A stretch of 64,000 nucleotides of DNA, taken from assembly GCA_048213135.1 (NCBI GenBank), contig PS015009.1:372001-436000 (forward strand), in the 5' to 3' direction. The stretch comes from Reclinomonas americana ATCC 50394 (taxonomy: Eukaryota). This document shows positions 47,860-58,247 of this stretch, in pieces. The notes under the pieces were generated by a model. That model made no database searches and had not been told where the DNA came from. It saw only the letters and a list, made by a program, of their open reading frames with translations. The number at the start of each line of letters is the position of its first letter. The stretch's first letter is position 1. A program made the position numbers and the translations under genes.

Positions 47860-48546
47860 GTGAAAATAGATATCATCTCCGTTGTTCCCGACCTGCTCAG
47901 CAGCCCGTTCGCTCATTCCATTATGAAAAGGGCGAAAGATAAAGGATTGCTGGAAGTGAATGTGATCAACCTCCGCGACCATACTACTTATGCCCGGGCA
48001 CAGGTGGATGACTATGCATTTGGCGGTGGCGCCGGTATGGTGATGATGATTGAACCGCTGGTGAATGCCATCGAAGCATTGCAACGCGATACCCGGTACG
48101 ATGAAGTGATTTACCTCACGCCCGACGGGGAAACTTTTAACCAGAAGATGGCCAACGGTCTTTCACTGAAAAATAACCTGCTGCTCATCTGCGGGCATTA
48201 CAAGGGCATCGATCAGCGGGTGAGGGATCATTTTATTACCCGTGAAATATCTATTGGAGATTATGTACTCAGCGGCGGGGAGCTGGGCGCAGCGGTTTTG
48301 GTAGATGCCATAGGCAGACTGATACCGGGCGTATTGAATGATGAAACATCCGCGCTAACTGATTCTTTCCAGGACAACCTGCTGGCACCGCCTGTATATA
48401 CCCGGCCGGAAGAATTCCGCGGCTGGAAAGTCCCTGACATCCTGCTCAGCGGTAATCATAAGCTCATTGAGGAATGGCGGCACGATCAGTCGGTAAAACG
48501 TACAGAAGAAAAAAGACCGGATCTGCTGGATGATGATCTTTCCTGA
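47860..48546 (+). CDS. trmD: tRNA (guanine37-N1)-methyltransferase
   Basis: [48 protein letters not shown] start. Confidence 0.97.
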   Translation: MKIDIISVVPDLLSSPFAHSIMKRAKDKGLLEVNVINLRDHTTYARAQVDDYAFGGGAGMVMMIEPLVNAIEALQRDTRYDEVIYLTPDGETFNQKMANGLSLKNNLLLICGHYKGIDQRVRDHFITREISIGDYVLSGGELGAAVLVDAIGRLIPGVLNDETSALTDSFQDNLLAPPVYTRPEEFRGWKVPDILLSGNHKLIEEWRHDQSVKRTEEKRPDLLDDDLS

Positions 48547-48559
48547 CGGGGTCGGGACT

Positions 48560-49207
48560 TTACACTTTTTTAACCCACAGGAATTCCGCGAAGCCAAGCA
48601 CATCCCAGAAAATATTACCCTGCAATTTTTTCCCTCTTATCCAGGACCATAGTATCCGGAATGGCATAGCCGCTATGAACCAGGGATTTCTTCTAATACC
48701 GGAACGGAGCACCTGGCAGCCGTGATTGTTAAATAATGATGCGAGTTCTTTTACAGAATATACCCTCACATGGGTGGGGTCATCTTTAAAATTGAGCGTT
48801 CCGTGCATGGAAGGCAGCCGTGTACTTTTTTTTCCCGGATATTCCACGTAGAGATAACCGCCTTTCTTTATTTTTTTCAGCAGGCCTTTTATCACTTCAT
48901 CACCGTTATACAGGTGCTCAATTACATGTACCATCAGCACAGCGTCGAAATAATCATCGGGGATGCTGCCGAACTCCAGCCGGGTGAGGTCCATTTCATA
49001 AAAGGCCTTCATCTGGCCAAAGTCGTTCTCACTGTTATTGTAATCCCTTCCGAGGTCCACACCATGGTACTCGCAATTGGGAAATACCTTTTTGGCCTTA
49101 TTGGCGGAGTGATTGCCGGCACCTATGTCGAGCAGCCGGAATGGTTGCTTACCAAAAACTTTTCGGAGGTAAATGAATTTGTTGACGAACGAAGAGGAAG
49201 AAAGCAT
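48560..49207 (-). CDS. Class I SAM-dependent methyltransferase
   Basis: LLDIGAG, FDAVLMVHVIEHL, KKGGYLYVEYP, DPTH. Confidence 0.85.
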   Translation of the reverse strand: MLSSSSFVNKFIYLRKVFGKQPFRLLDIGAGNHSANKAKKVFPNCEYHGVDLGRDYNNSENDFGQMKAFYEMDLTRLEFGSIPDDYFDAVLMVHVIEHLYNGDEVIKGLLKKIKKGGYLYVEYPGKKSTRLPSMHGTLNFKDDPTHVRVYSVKELASLFNNHGCQVLRSGIRRNPWFIAAMPFRILWSWIRGKKLQGNIFWDVLGFAEFLWVKKV

Positions 49208-49292
49208 TCAGAGAACAAGAATTAGATTTATTAAAACACCGGGAAAAGAAGCGGGCCTGCTGTTGTTGCCGGCCCGCCTTTATTGTTATTGA

Positions 49293-50006
49293 TTAATTCG
49301 CTTTAAAGATATTCTCATCCACCTTAATATTCGTTTCAATGCTGCTGAACTCTGTCTCGCCCTGCGGATTCACCGCTGTGAAAGGGAACCAGTATCCATT
49401 GGCATCCTGTTTATAATTGGAATAGGTTGAACCGGCGTCGATCTCTTCTCCGCCCCTGGTCACTTTGAAAGCGGTTTTGTTAATCCGGAACGTAGTGGCA
49501 TCAAGATAATAGTTCATGACCACGCCATTTTTGAAAGTCACTTTCATATTGTACACGTCCGCGTTATCAACTTTCTCTTTACCCACCAGCTCCACCTTGC
49601 TGCCTTTGTCTTTATAATCCAGGAAAACGCCTTGTACGTCCAGTGTGTTCACGCTTGTTTTAAACTGGTCGTCGGGCATGGCCTCGGGTGAAGACTGTCC
49701 CATAATCGGCATGAACATCCAGCCTTTTTCCGGTGTAACGATCTGGTAGTTCTCCGTACCCATTACACTGATGTCGGTACGGGAGCCTTTCAAATGTTCA
49801 CGGGTAATGTTAAGGGTTACTTCAACGCCCTGTGTACTCATGGTACCCAGCATACGTACGGATTTCAGGGCCTGTAATTTTTCTTTTCCGCCCATCGCGG
49901 CAATGTGTTTGTTTACAATGTCGTCAGCAGAAAGGGTTTGTGCCTGGGTAAATTGCACGGCAACCAGTACAAGAATCATGGTGCCAATGAGGATTAAATT
50001 TTTCAT
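49293..50006 (-). CDS. Exported protein, possibly LolA-like outer-membrane lipoprotein-sorting family
   Basis: Signal peptide, ADDIVNKHIAAMGGKEKL, VELVGKEKVD, YSNYK...GYWFPF. Confidence 0.65.
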   Translation of the reverse strand: MKNLILIGTMILVLVAVQFTQAQTLSADDIVNKHIAAMGGKEKLQALKSVRMLGTMSTQGVEVTLNITREHLKGSRTDISVMGTENYQIVTPEKGWMFMPIMGQSSPEAMPDDQFKTSVNTLDVQGVFLDYKDKGSKVELVGKEKVDNADVYNMKVTFKNGVVMNYYLDATTFRINKTAFKVTRGGEEIDAGSTYSNYKQDANGYWFPFTAVNPQGETEFSSIETNIKVDENIFKAN

Positions 50007-50126
50007 GGTAGTTTTTTAGACCGCTAAGGTAGGGGAAACAAAGGATAATTGGCTGCAGGTAATAACGAAAGTGGACAGGCTTTCGGCACGGTAAAATATC
50101 TATTTTCGTGAGCAAATCAGTTGAAC

Positions 50127-51794
50127 ATGCATACATTCAGCATCCGCGGGCAGGTAGTGGACATTATGAACCGTCGCATTTTTTACGGCGAGGTGACAAC
50201 CGGCGGTGGTAAGATCATATCTGTAACACCCCTGGACGGACTGCCGGATGACAATGCCGGGTTCATCCTCCCGGGGTTCATCGACAGCCATGTGCATATT
50301 GAGAGTTCGATGCTGGTACCGGCAGAATTTGCCAAACTGGCCGTAGTTCACGGCACCGTGGGCACCATCAGCGACCCCCATGAAATTGCCAATGTATGTG
50401 GCGTGGAAGGCGTTCAGTTCATGATCAGTAATGGTAAAACGGTGCCTTTCAAATTTCATTTCGGCGCACCCAGTTGTGTGCCTGCCACTGTGTTTGAGAC
50501 GGCGGGTGCCGAGGTAAATGCCGGTGATGTGGACAGCCTCCTGCGATCGGACGATATTTATTACCTGAGCGAAATGATGAACTTCCCGGGTGTGCTGCAC
50601 GCCGATCCGGAAGTGATGAAGAAAATCGCATCGGCGGTGAAATACAACAAACCTGTTGACGGTCATGCACCCGGGCTGCGGGGTGACGCGGCCCGGCAAT
50701 ACATAGAAGCAGGCGCCGGCAAGGTAACCATCTCCACCGATCATGAGTGCTTTACCGCCGAAGAAGCGCTCGATAAACTCGGGTATGGCATGAAGATCCT
50801 CATCCGCGAGGGCAGCGCCGCCAAAAATTTTGAAGCACTGATCGGCCTGCTCGGCGACTGGCCCGATCATATGATGTTCTGCAGTGATGATAAGCATCCC
50901 GACAGCCTGGCGGATGGACATATCAACCAGTTGTGCGCCCGGGCTGTGGCGAAAGGCATTGACATTTTTAAAGTGCTGCAGGCCGCCTGTATTAACCCGG
51001 TCCTGCATTATAATATGAAAGTGGGTTTGCTCCGTGAAGGCGATGCGGCAGATTTTATTGTGTGCAATGACCTGCAACAGTTCCATGTAAAACAAACGTA
51101 TATAGATGGACAGCTGGTAGCATCCGGTGGCGAAACACATATTATTACGACTCCTGCTACCCCCATCAACCAGTTCAGTTGTCAACCCAAAACAATCAAT
51201 GATCTGCAGTTATCAATTCCTGCAGGCAAGGAAATAGCTGTTATAGAAGCGCTGGACGGGCAGCTCATCACCAATAAGCTGATGATGGCACCGAAAGTGG
51301 AAAACGGGAACCTGGTAAGCGATACAGAACGCGATATACTGAAGATCGTTGTGGTGAACCGTTATCATGATGCCCCGGTGGCAGTTGCGTTTGTCAGGAA
51401 CTTTGGTATCCGGCAGGGCGCTCTTGCCTCTTCCGTTGCGCACGACAGTCATAATATTGTTGCCGTAGGTGCAGATGATTACAGTCTTTGCCGGGCCATT
51501 AACCTGGTGATACAGGAAAAAGGCGGTGTAAGTGCTGTTGCCGGCAGCAGGGAAGAAGTATTGCCTTTACCTGTAGCGGGCCTTATGAGTGCGGGAGATG
51601 GCTACCGGGTAGCAGCCGCTTATACGTCTATCGATAATATGGTAAAAACAGAAATGGGGTCAACGCTTGCCGCGCCGTTCATGACCTTATCTTTTATGGC
51701 GTTGCTGGTGATTCCTCATCTCAAACTAAGTGACCTGGGGTTGTTTGACGGGGATGATTTCAGGTTCGTGAGTGAAGTAAAAAGTCAAAATTAA
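50127..51794 (+). CDS. ade: Adenine deaminase
   Basis: [57 protein letters not shown]. Confidence 0.96.
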   Translation: MHTFSIRGQVVDIMNRRIFYGEVTTGGGKIISVTPLDGLPDDNAGFILPGFIDSHVHIESSMLVPAEFAKLAVVHGTVGTISDPHEIANVCGVEGVQFMISNGKTVPFKFHFGAPSCVPATVFETAGAEVNAGDVDSLLRSDDIYYLSEMMNFPGVLHADPEVMKKIASAVKYNKPVDGHAPGLRGDAARQYIEAGAGKVTISTDHECFTAEEALDKLGYGMKILIREGSAAKNFEALIGLLGDWPDHMMFCSDDKHPDSLADGHINQLCARAVAKGIDIFKVLQAACINPVLHYNMKVGLLREGDAADFIVCNDLQQFHVKQTYIDGQLVASGGETHIITTPATPINQFSCQPKTINDLQLSIPAGKEIAVIEALDGQLITNKLMMAPKVENGNLVSDTERDILKIVVVNRYHDAPVAVAFVRNFGIRQGALASSVAHDSHNIVAVGADDYSLCRAINLVIQEKGGVSAVAGSREEVLPLPVAGLMSAGDGYRVAAAYTSIDNMVKTEMGSTLAAPFMTLSFMALLVIPHLKLSDLGLFDGDDFRFVSEVKSQN

Positions 51795-51889
51795 AAAGTA
51801 AAAAAACTGCCATTATATACATCCCGTAATGGCAGTGGACAGCTTGTAGCCGGTGATATTTTTAATTTTTACTTTTGGAATTTTGATTT
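51776..51889. repeat. Heptamer arms flanking a hairpin between convergent genes
   Basis: AGTAAAA AGTCAAA ATTAAAA AGTAAAA, then ACTGCCATTA..TAATGGCAGT, then TTTTAAT TTTTACT TTTGGAA TTTTGAT. Confidence 0.75.
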
Positions 51890-52304
51890 AGAATTTAGCC
51901 TTCATCACTTTCAGCGCTACACTATCCGTTCCTTTCGGTGCGAAATACTTGGTCTTGAAATTTTTACTGTCGCCGGGCGCTATCGTTTCATAGATCACTT
52001 CATGATCCTTTTCCAGCAGGGCACCGGTTTTGCTGAAGAATGACAGTTCAATATCCACATCTTTATAACTTACCACTTTGGCGTTGTTGGTGAGTGTGCC
52101 TTTGATAACGGTCTGCCCCAGCAGGTTACGCTTATCATGCCCGGTTACAGAAAGAAAGCGGGCCGGAGATTTCTTTTCTGTTTCTTCCAGCGTTTCCTTG
52201 GTTTGTTCGTATTTGTCCTTCCCTTTGGCAGCCGTCTTATCTTCGCTGCTGCAGGCTGTGAAAAAGAGCGTTGCGGCCAGTAAAGCAGTGGTCGTATTTT
52301 TCAT
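51888..52304 (-). CDS. Hypothetical lipoprotein (FxLYD-like beta sandwich)
   Basis: Lipobox FTAC, IKGTLTNNA..YKDV.I.LSFFSKTGALL, IAPGDSKNFK. Confidence 0.7.
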   Translation of the reverse strand: MKNTTTALLAATLFFTACSSEDKTAAKGKDKYEQTKETLEETEKKSPARFLSVTGHDKRNLLGQTVIKGTLTNNAKVVSYKDVDIELSFFSKTGALLEKDHEVIYETIAPGDSKNFKTKYFAPKGTDSVALKVMKAKF

Positions 52305-52509
52305 TTGCTGAATGGTTTTGAGTACAATAAAAATACATTTTTGTGAAATACCATGTTAAAAGATGGAATAGGGAATAAGTAATATGTAATATTTTTTTTA
52401 GCCCTGGTACTCTCAGTATTAAATATTACCTATTCAATATTCAGTGTAATTATTTTAGATTTGCCGGACAGGCCTTGTAGCCGATCATCCACCAACAAAG
52501 ACAAAGCAT

Positions 52510-53160
52510 ATGGTAATCAATCTGAGCGAACAGCATTCCTTGGTAAGCAACTGGGTAAGCGAACTGAGGGATATTGACATACAGGGCGACCGTATGCGTT
52601 TCAGGCGTAACCTGGAGCGTATTGCCGAAGTGATCGGGTACGAGATCAGTAAAAAGATGTCGTGGGTTGAAAAAGAGATCACCACTCCCATGGGTACGGC
52701 TACCTGCAAGGTGATGGCCGAAAACCCGGTACTGGCCACCATACTGAGGGCAGGATTGCCCATGCATAATGGCCTGCTGAATTATTTTGACCGGGCCGAC
52801 AATGCCTTCATCAGCGCCTACCGCAAACATATGCCCGACGGCAGTTTCGAGATCGCACTGGAATATATGGCCAGCCCGGAAATCGAGGACCGCATACTCA
52901 TCGTAAGCGACCCCATGCTGGCAACGGGCTCTTCCCTTGTAAAGACCATACAATTCCTGCGGGAAGAAGGCAACTTCAGGGAATTGCACATCGTTTGCGC
53001 CATCGCCTGCTCGGTGGGCATTGAATACGTGAAAAGGGCCGAACCCAAAGCAACCATCTGGTGCGGCGATATTGACGACGAGATCACCGCCAAGGGTTAT
53101 ATTGTACCCGGACTGGGCGATGCCGGTGACCTGGCTTATGGTGTAAAGCTGCAGTCCTGA
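52510..53160 (+). CDS. upp: Uracil phosphoribosyltransferase
   Basis: ILRAGL, DPMLATGSS, YIVPGLGDAGD. Confidence 0.96.
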   Translation: MVINLSEQHSLVSNWVSELRDIDIQGDRMRFRRNLERIAEVIGYEISKKMSWVEKEITTPMGTATCKVMAENPVLATILRAGLPMHNGLLNYFDRADNAFISAYRKHMPDGSFEIALEYMASPEIEDRILIVSDPMLATGSSLVKTIQFLREEGNFRELHIVCAIACSVGIEYVKRAEPKATIWCGDIDDEITAKGYIVPGLGDAGDLAYGVKLQS

Positions 53161-53325
53161 TCCACAGAATGTATCCCTCCCTGTAAAACATCATCCATCT
53201 CCTGTCAATTACCGGTAAGAACCAGTTGTTTAAACGCAACAAAAAATGCTAAACCAAAAGCTTTTGTTTGGAAAGCAGCTTTTTGGTGTAAATCCTTATC
53301 TTTAAAGTTCTGAACAGATATTGAA

Positions 53326-54327
53326 ATGAGAAAATTAATTGTATTGGTGTGCTGCTTTTTGCTGACTGGCGTGCTCAAAGCCCAGGATCCCCATTTCTCC
53401 CAGTTTTTTGCCTCACCCCTGACCCTTAACCCGGCTTTTACCGGTAAGTTTGACGGTTCATGGAGGCTGGCGGCCAACCACCGGGACCAGTGGCCATCTA
53501 TTCCTAAGGCTTATGTAACTACCAGTGCTTCACTGGACTTCCCGATACTTAAAAAAAGAATTCCTGAAAATGATGTATTTGGCGTTGGCCTTTCCGGCGT
53601 TATGGACGCCAGTGCCAACAATATCCTGAAACTGAACTATGGCTCCCTGTCCATGTCGTACCACAAGGCCCTGAACGAATCGGGTTACAGTACCATCGGC
53701 GCGGGTTTCCAGGCTACTTATTCCAGCCTTACACTGGATGTGACCAAGCTTACTTTTGAAGATATGCTTACCCAGAATGGTTTTACCGGAACCACTTCCG
53801 ATGTAATTACCAATGGCAATAACCAGGGTTATTTTGACGTGAATGCCGGCCTCCTGTTCTCCACCTCCACCAATGGTGAGAACAATTTTTATGTAGGCGC
53901 TTCCATGTACCATATCAACCGCCCCAAAGTAGGTTTCAAGGATAAGAACTGGTACCTCACCGGCCGCATCACCGGTCATGCCGGCGGCTCTATTCCTTTG
54001 TCCGACCTGCTGGCCGTTCACACTTCTGTTATTTACCAGGTTCAGAACAAAGCCAGTGAAACCACGCTGGGCGCCGCACTGGCCGCTAACCTTAACCGCG
54101 ACGCCGCTAACCCCAGCAGCATCTATATCGGCAGCTGGATGCGTTTGAACGACGCCATCATTCCTTATGTAGGTCTTGAGTTCGGCGGTCTCCGCATTGG
54201 TGCTACTTACGATATCAATATTTCTAACCTGAAAGCGGCAACTGCTTCCAGGGGCGGGTCAGAGATATCCATCATCTACATCAAAAAACCAGCAGAGCCC
54301 AAGGGGATCCCCTGTCCGAAGTTTTAA
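53326..54327 (+). CDS. PorP/SprF family T9SS outer-membrane protein
   Basis: AQDPHFSQFF.SPL.LNPAFTG, HRDQW, HINRPK, IGATYDIN.S.L, GGSEISI. Confidence 0.92.
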   Translation: MRKLIVLVCCFLLTGVLKAQDPHFSQFFASPLTLNPAFTGKFDGSWRLAANHRDQWPSIPKAYVTTSASLDFPILKKRIPENDVFGVGLSGVMDASANNILKLNYGSLSMSYHKALNESGYSTIGAGFQATYSSLTLDVTKLTFEDMLTQNGFTGTTSDVITNGNNQGYFDVNAGLLFSTSTNGENNFYVGASMYHINRPKVGFKDKNWYLTGRITGHAGGSIPLSDLLAVHTSVIYQVQNKASETTLGAALAANLNRDAANPSSIYIGSWMRLNDAIIPYVGLEFGGLRIGATYDINISNLKAATASRGGSEISIIYIKKPAEPKGIPCPKF

Positions 54328-54348
54328 TAATAAACTGCTTGTCATACA

Positions 54349-54373
54349 TAACCTCCCTTGCGGAGGTTTTTTT
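54349..54373 (+). terminator. Intrinsic terminator after the PorP/SprF gene
   Basis: AACCTCC-CTTGC-GGAGGTTTTTTT. Confidence 0.75.
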
Positions 54374-54455
54374 ATGGACATATATATCATTACATCTGCT
54401 ATGTTTGATACATATTTTGAGTATTTTTATATAGTAACCAACCTCACCGTTTATT

Positions 54456-57400
54456 ATGAAAAAAATCTACTTACCGGCGGTCGTATGCCTTCTATTGCTT
54501 GCGGTCGCACTCCCGGGTATGGCGCAGCAATTCTTTGCCAACGTATCCGAAAATTCCATCCAGCTCAACCCGGCTGTCAATAAAAGGGTCATTCAGCCTT
54601 TAAAAGCCAGGACTTTATCGATGGACCTTAACGCCATGAAGCATTTCCTGGAGTCACTTCCATCTGAAAAGAATGTGAACCGCCTGCAGGCGCCCATATT
54701 GGAGTTGCCTATGCCCGATGGCAGCACCGGCAGGTTCAGGGTTTGGGAAAGCAGCGTCATGGAGCCCGGTCTCATGGCCAAGTTCCCTGAGATCAGGACC
54801 TATGCCGGCCAGGGTATCGACGATCCCTATGCTACCATAAGGTTCGATTTCAATCCTTATTTCGGTTTTCATGCCCAGGTGTTATCTGCCACTACCGGGC
54901 GCATTTATATTGATCCCTATGCCAGGGGCAATACCACCAACTATATCAGCTATTTCCACAAGGACAACAGGCCGTCTTCTTTTTTTGTTTGTGAAACGGA
55001 AGACAGTAAACCGCCAGTACCAACCACCAGCAACATTGTAACAGCTGGTCCCTGCCGCGGTACGGAATTGTATACTTACCGCCTGGCCATGGCTTGTACA
55101 GGTGAATACGCTACTGCTGTTTGTGCACCTGCAGCACCCACGGTACCGGCTACGCTGGCTGCCATGGCAACCTGTGTGAACAGGGTAACAGGCGTATATG
55201 AAACGGAAGTGTCTTTACGCATGGTGCTCATCGCCAACAATGATCTGCTCGTTTATCTTGATGGCACAACCGACCCCTATACCAACAACAACGGCAGCAC
55301 CATGCTTGGTCAGAACCAGACCAATGTGGATGCTATTATCGGTTCGGCCAATTACGATATCGGCCACGTAGTAAGTACCGGCGGCGGCGGTGTTGCGCAA
55401 CTGCGTGTACCCTGTACCGGTTCCAAAGCCCGTGGTGTTACCGGCTTACCCAATCCTGTTGGCGACGGTTTCTATATCGATTATGTAGCGCATGAAATGG
55501 GCCACCAGTGGGGCGGTAACCATACCTTCAACAGTATCACCAGCAATTGCGCCCCTCCCAACAGGAATGGTTCAACAGCTTATGAAGTGGGCAGCGGTAC
55601 AACCATACAGGCGTATGCCGGCATTTGCGGAGCAGATAATACACAACCCAACAGCGACCCGTTCTTCCATGCTGTAAGTTTTGATGAGATCAGTAACTAC
55701 ATATCTTCGGGCAGCGGTTTCAACTGTAAAGTGGCTACGTCAACCGGCAATACCATTCCACAGATCACCGCTATGAACAATAATGGCGCCACCATACCCA
55801 TCAACACCCCGTTCACCTTAACCGGTACGGCCACTGACGGCAACGGTGATGCGCTTACCTATTGCTGGGAAGAATGGGACCTGGGAGCCGGAGGAGCCTG
55901 GAATTCCGGGGCCACTTCCACTACAGCCCCGCTGTTCAAATCGAGGATCCCTAAAACAACAGGCAGCAGGACCTTTCCTGATATCGCCGTTATCCTTGCC
56001 GGTTATCCTGCCAATCCCGCCGCAACCATGGGCGGATTGAAAGGCGAAACCCTGCCTACCGTGGCCCGCGCCATGAGGTTCAGGCTCACCGTTCGCGATA
56101 ACAAAGCCGGTGGCGGCGGTGTTACCAGTGGTGGTGAAGGTTGCCAGGCTGGCCAGACAGGTACTTTCCAGATCAATGTATCCGGTACAACGCCTTTTGC
56201 CGTAACCCTGCCCAATGGTGGTGAAACCTGGGGTACAGGTTCAACCCAAACCGTTACCTGGGACCCGGCCGGCACCGCGGCAGCTCCGTTCAGCGTAGCT
56301 AACGTAAGGATCACGTTGTCAACCGACGGAGGTACCACCTATCCTACAGAGCTGCTGGCATCCACTGCCAATGACGGCACAGAAACCATTACCGTACCCG
56401 GTACTCCTTCCACCACCTGCCGCATCAGGGTGGAAGCCCTGGGTAATGTATTTTTCGATATTTCCAATGCCAACTTCACCATTTCCGGTGCAGCTACGCC
56501 AACATTCAACTTTACCACACCAGCCCCTGTAACTGTTCCGTGCGGTACCGCATCCGCGGTGATCAGCCTGGCAACAACAGCCAGCGGTGGTTTCTCAACT
56601 CCTATCAATCTGGCGGCAACAGGTAACCCTGCGCCAACGACTGTCAGCTTCAGCCCCAACCCGGTTGCACCCGGCAGCAGCAGCAATGTTACCATCAATA
56701 ACATGAGCACACTTGCCGCAGGCACTTATAACATCTCTGTTACCGGTACCGCAGGCGCAGAAGTAAAAACCGTAACCCTGCAGTACATCGTTTCCGGTGG
56801 TTCCGGGCCGGCTATTACAGCACAGCCTGCCAACACCTCTGCCTGCCCCGGCTCCAATGCCAGCTTCTCGGTGACCGCCACATCGGCAACCGGTTACCAA
56901 TGGCAGGTAAGCACCAACGGTGGTGGTACCTGGACCAACGTTCCTTCCGGCGGCAACGCGGCCACCTATACCGTAACAGGTGTAACTACAGCCATGAACA
57001 ATTACCAGTATCATGTGATCGTAACCGGCGCATGCGGTTCCGCAACATCCAATGCAGCCACGCTGACTGTTAATACCGTGCCGGCCATTACAGCTAACCC
57101 GTCGGCAGCATCCGTTTGCGCTACATTCAATACCTCGTTCAGTGCATCTTCAAGCGGTACGGGTGTTACCAACCAATGGCAGGTAAGTACCGATAATGGT
57201 ACCAGCTGGACCAACGTTTCCAACGGTGGTGTATACAGCGGCGCCACTACCACTACGCTTACCATTACCGGCGCTACCGCAGCCATGAATGGTTATTGTT
57301 ACCGGATGGTAGCCAGCGGCACCTGCACACCAGCGGCCAATTCCAACAGTGCCTGTCTGACCGTTATTGTTCCGGCTACGGTGACCAATCACCCGGCCAA

Positions 57401-58196
57401 CGCGTCTATCTGCAGTGGCGGTACCATTACTTTCACGGCGGCAGGTACTAATACCACCGTTTATAAATGGCAGGAAAGCACAGACGGCGGCGCCACATGG
57501 ACCACGCTGACCAACACCGCTCCTTATTCCGGTGTGAACACAGCTACACTCACCATCACCAATGTACCGGCTTCATTCGCCACACCGGTAAGAAGGTACA
57601 GGGCTTTGTTGTCGAATGCCAACTGCACAGTAGATATACCAACCAACGCGGCCACGCTCACCATTACGCCCAAACCATCGGCAGTATTGAGCGCCAGCCC
57701 GTCTAACGCGATCTATTTCCCGCAAACTACTACCCTCAGTGCCGCCATCACCAATGGCAACGCCAATACCGTTATCACATGGTATTACAATGGCGCTGTT
57801 CTGCCGGGTGTAACCGGCACCAGCTATGTGGTTGACGTGGATCACCTCGGCATCTACCAGGTTAAAGTATCTGATCCTACAGGTACCTGCTTCAGCTTTT
57901 CTAACGAGGATACCGTAGTAGCTGCACCTAACGGAAGGATGTTCATTACACCTAACCCCAACAGGGGTATCTTCGAAGTAAGGTTCTTCTCAGGAGCCCA
58001 CAACTTCGGTTTCAACAGGATGGTTACCATTTACGACAGCAAAGGCGCAAGGATCTATTCTCAGCCGCTGGTTGTTAACGGACCATACAGTGCATTGAAA
58101 GTGGATATCTCCAAACGTGGCAAAGGCATCTACTTCTTAGTCCTTGGTGACTATAAAGGAGGCGTACTTGCACAGGGCAAAGTGATCGTTCAATAA
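54456..58196 (+). CDS. Reprolysin-like (M12B-type metzincin) metallopeptidase with Ig-like repeats and T9SS type A C-terminal domain, paralogue 1
   Basis: HEMGHQWGGNH zinc motif, prodomain with Cys (FVCET), YQWQVSTNGG Ig repeats, C-terminal ITPNPNRG..IYDSKG..GIYFL..KVIVQ. Confidence 0.9.
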   Translation: MKKIYLPAVVCLLLLAVALPGMAQQFFANVSENSIQLNPAVNKRVIQPLKARTLSMDLNAMKHFLESLPSEKNVNRLQAPILELPMPDGSTGRFRVWESSVMEPGLMAKFPEIRTYAGQGIDDPYATIRFDFNPYFGFHAQVLSATTGRIYIDPYARGNTTNYISYFHKDNRPSSFFVCETEDSKPPVPTTSNIVTAGPCRGTELYTYRLAMACTGEYATAVCAPAAPTVPATLAAMATCVNRVTGVYETEVSLRMVLIANNDLLVYLDGTTDPYTNNNGSTMLGQNQTNVDAIIGSANYDIGHVVSTGGGGVAQLRVPCTGSKARGVTGLPNPVGDGFYIDYVAHEMGHQWGGNHTFNSITSNCAPPNRNGSTAYEVGSGTTIQAYAGICGADNTQPNSDPFFHAVSFDEISNYISSGSGFNCKVATSTGNTIPQITAMNNNGATIPINTPFTLTGTATDGNGDALTYCWEEWDLGAGGAWNSGATSTTAPLFKSRIPKTTGSRTFPDIAVILAGYPANPAATMGGLKGETLPTVARAMRFRLTVRDNKAGGGGVTSGGEGCQAGQTGTFQINVSGTTPFAVTLPNGGETWGTGSTQTVTWDPAGTAAAPFSVANVRITLSTDGGTTYPTELLASTANDGTETITVPGTPSTTCRIRVEALGNVFFDISNANFTISGAATPTFNFTTPAPVTVPCGTASAVISLATTASGGFSTPINLAATGNPAPTTVSFSPNPVAPGSSSNVTINNMSTLAAGTYNISVTGTAGAEVKTVTLQYIVSGGSGPAITAQPANTSACPGSNASFSVTATSATGYQWQVSTNGGGTWTNVPSGGNAATYTVTGVTTAMNNYQYHVIVTGACGSATSNAATLTVNTVPAITANPSAASVCATFNTSFSASSSGTGVTNQWQVSTDNGTSWTNVSNGGVYSGATTTTLTITGATAAMNGYCYRMVASGTCTPAANSNSACLTVIVPATVTNHPANASICSGGTITFTAAGTNTTVYKWQESTDGGATWTTLTNTAPYSGVNTATLTITNVPASFATPVRRYRALLSNANCTVDIPTNAATLTITPKPSAVLSASPSNAIYFPQTTTLSAAITNGNANTVITWYYNGAVLPGVTGTSYVVDVDHLGIYQVKVSDPTGTCFSFSNEDTVVAAPNGRMFITPNPNRGIFEVRFFSGAHNFGFNRMVTIYDSKGARIYSQPLVVNGPYSALKVDISKRGKGIYFLVLGDYKGGVLAQGKVIVQ

Positions 58197-58213
58197 ACAG
58201 GAGAAATAACAAC

Positions 58214-58247
58214 AAAAAGGCTGTCTCAAACGGGGCAGCCTTTTTTT
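58214..58247 (+). terminator. Intrinsic terminator
   Basis: AAAAAGGCTGTCTC-AAAC-GGGGCAGCCTTTTTT. Confidence 0.8.
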
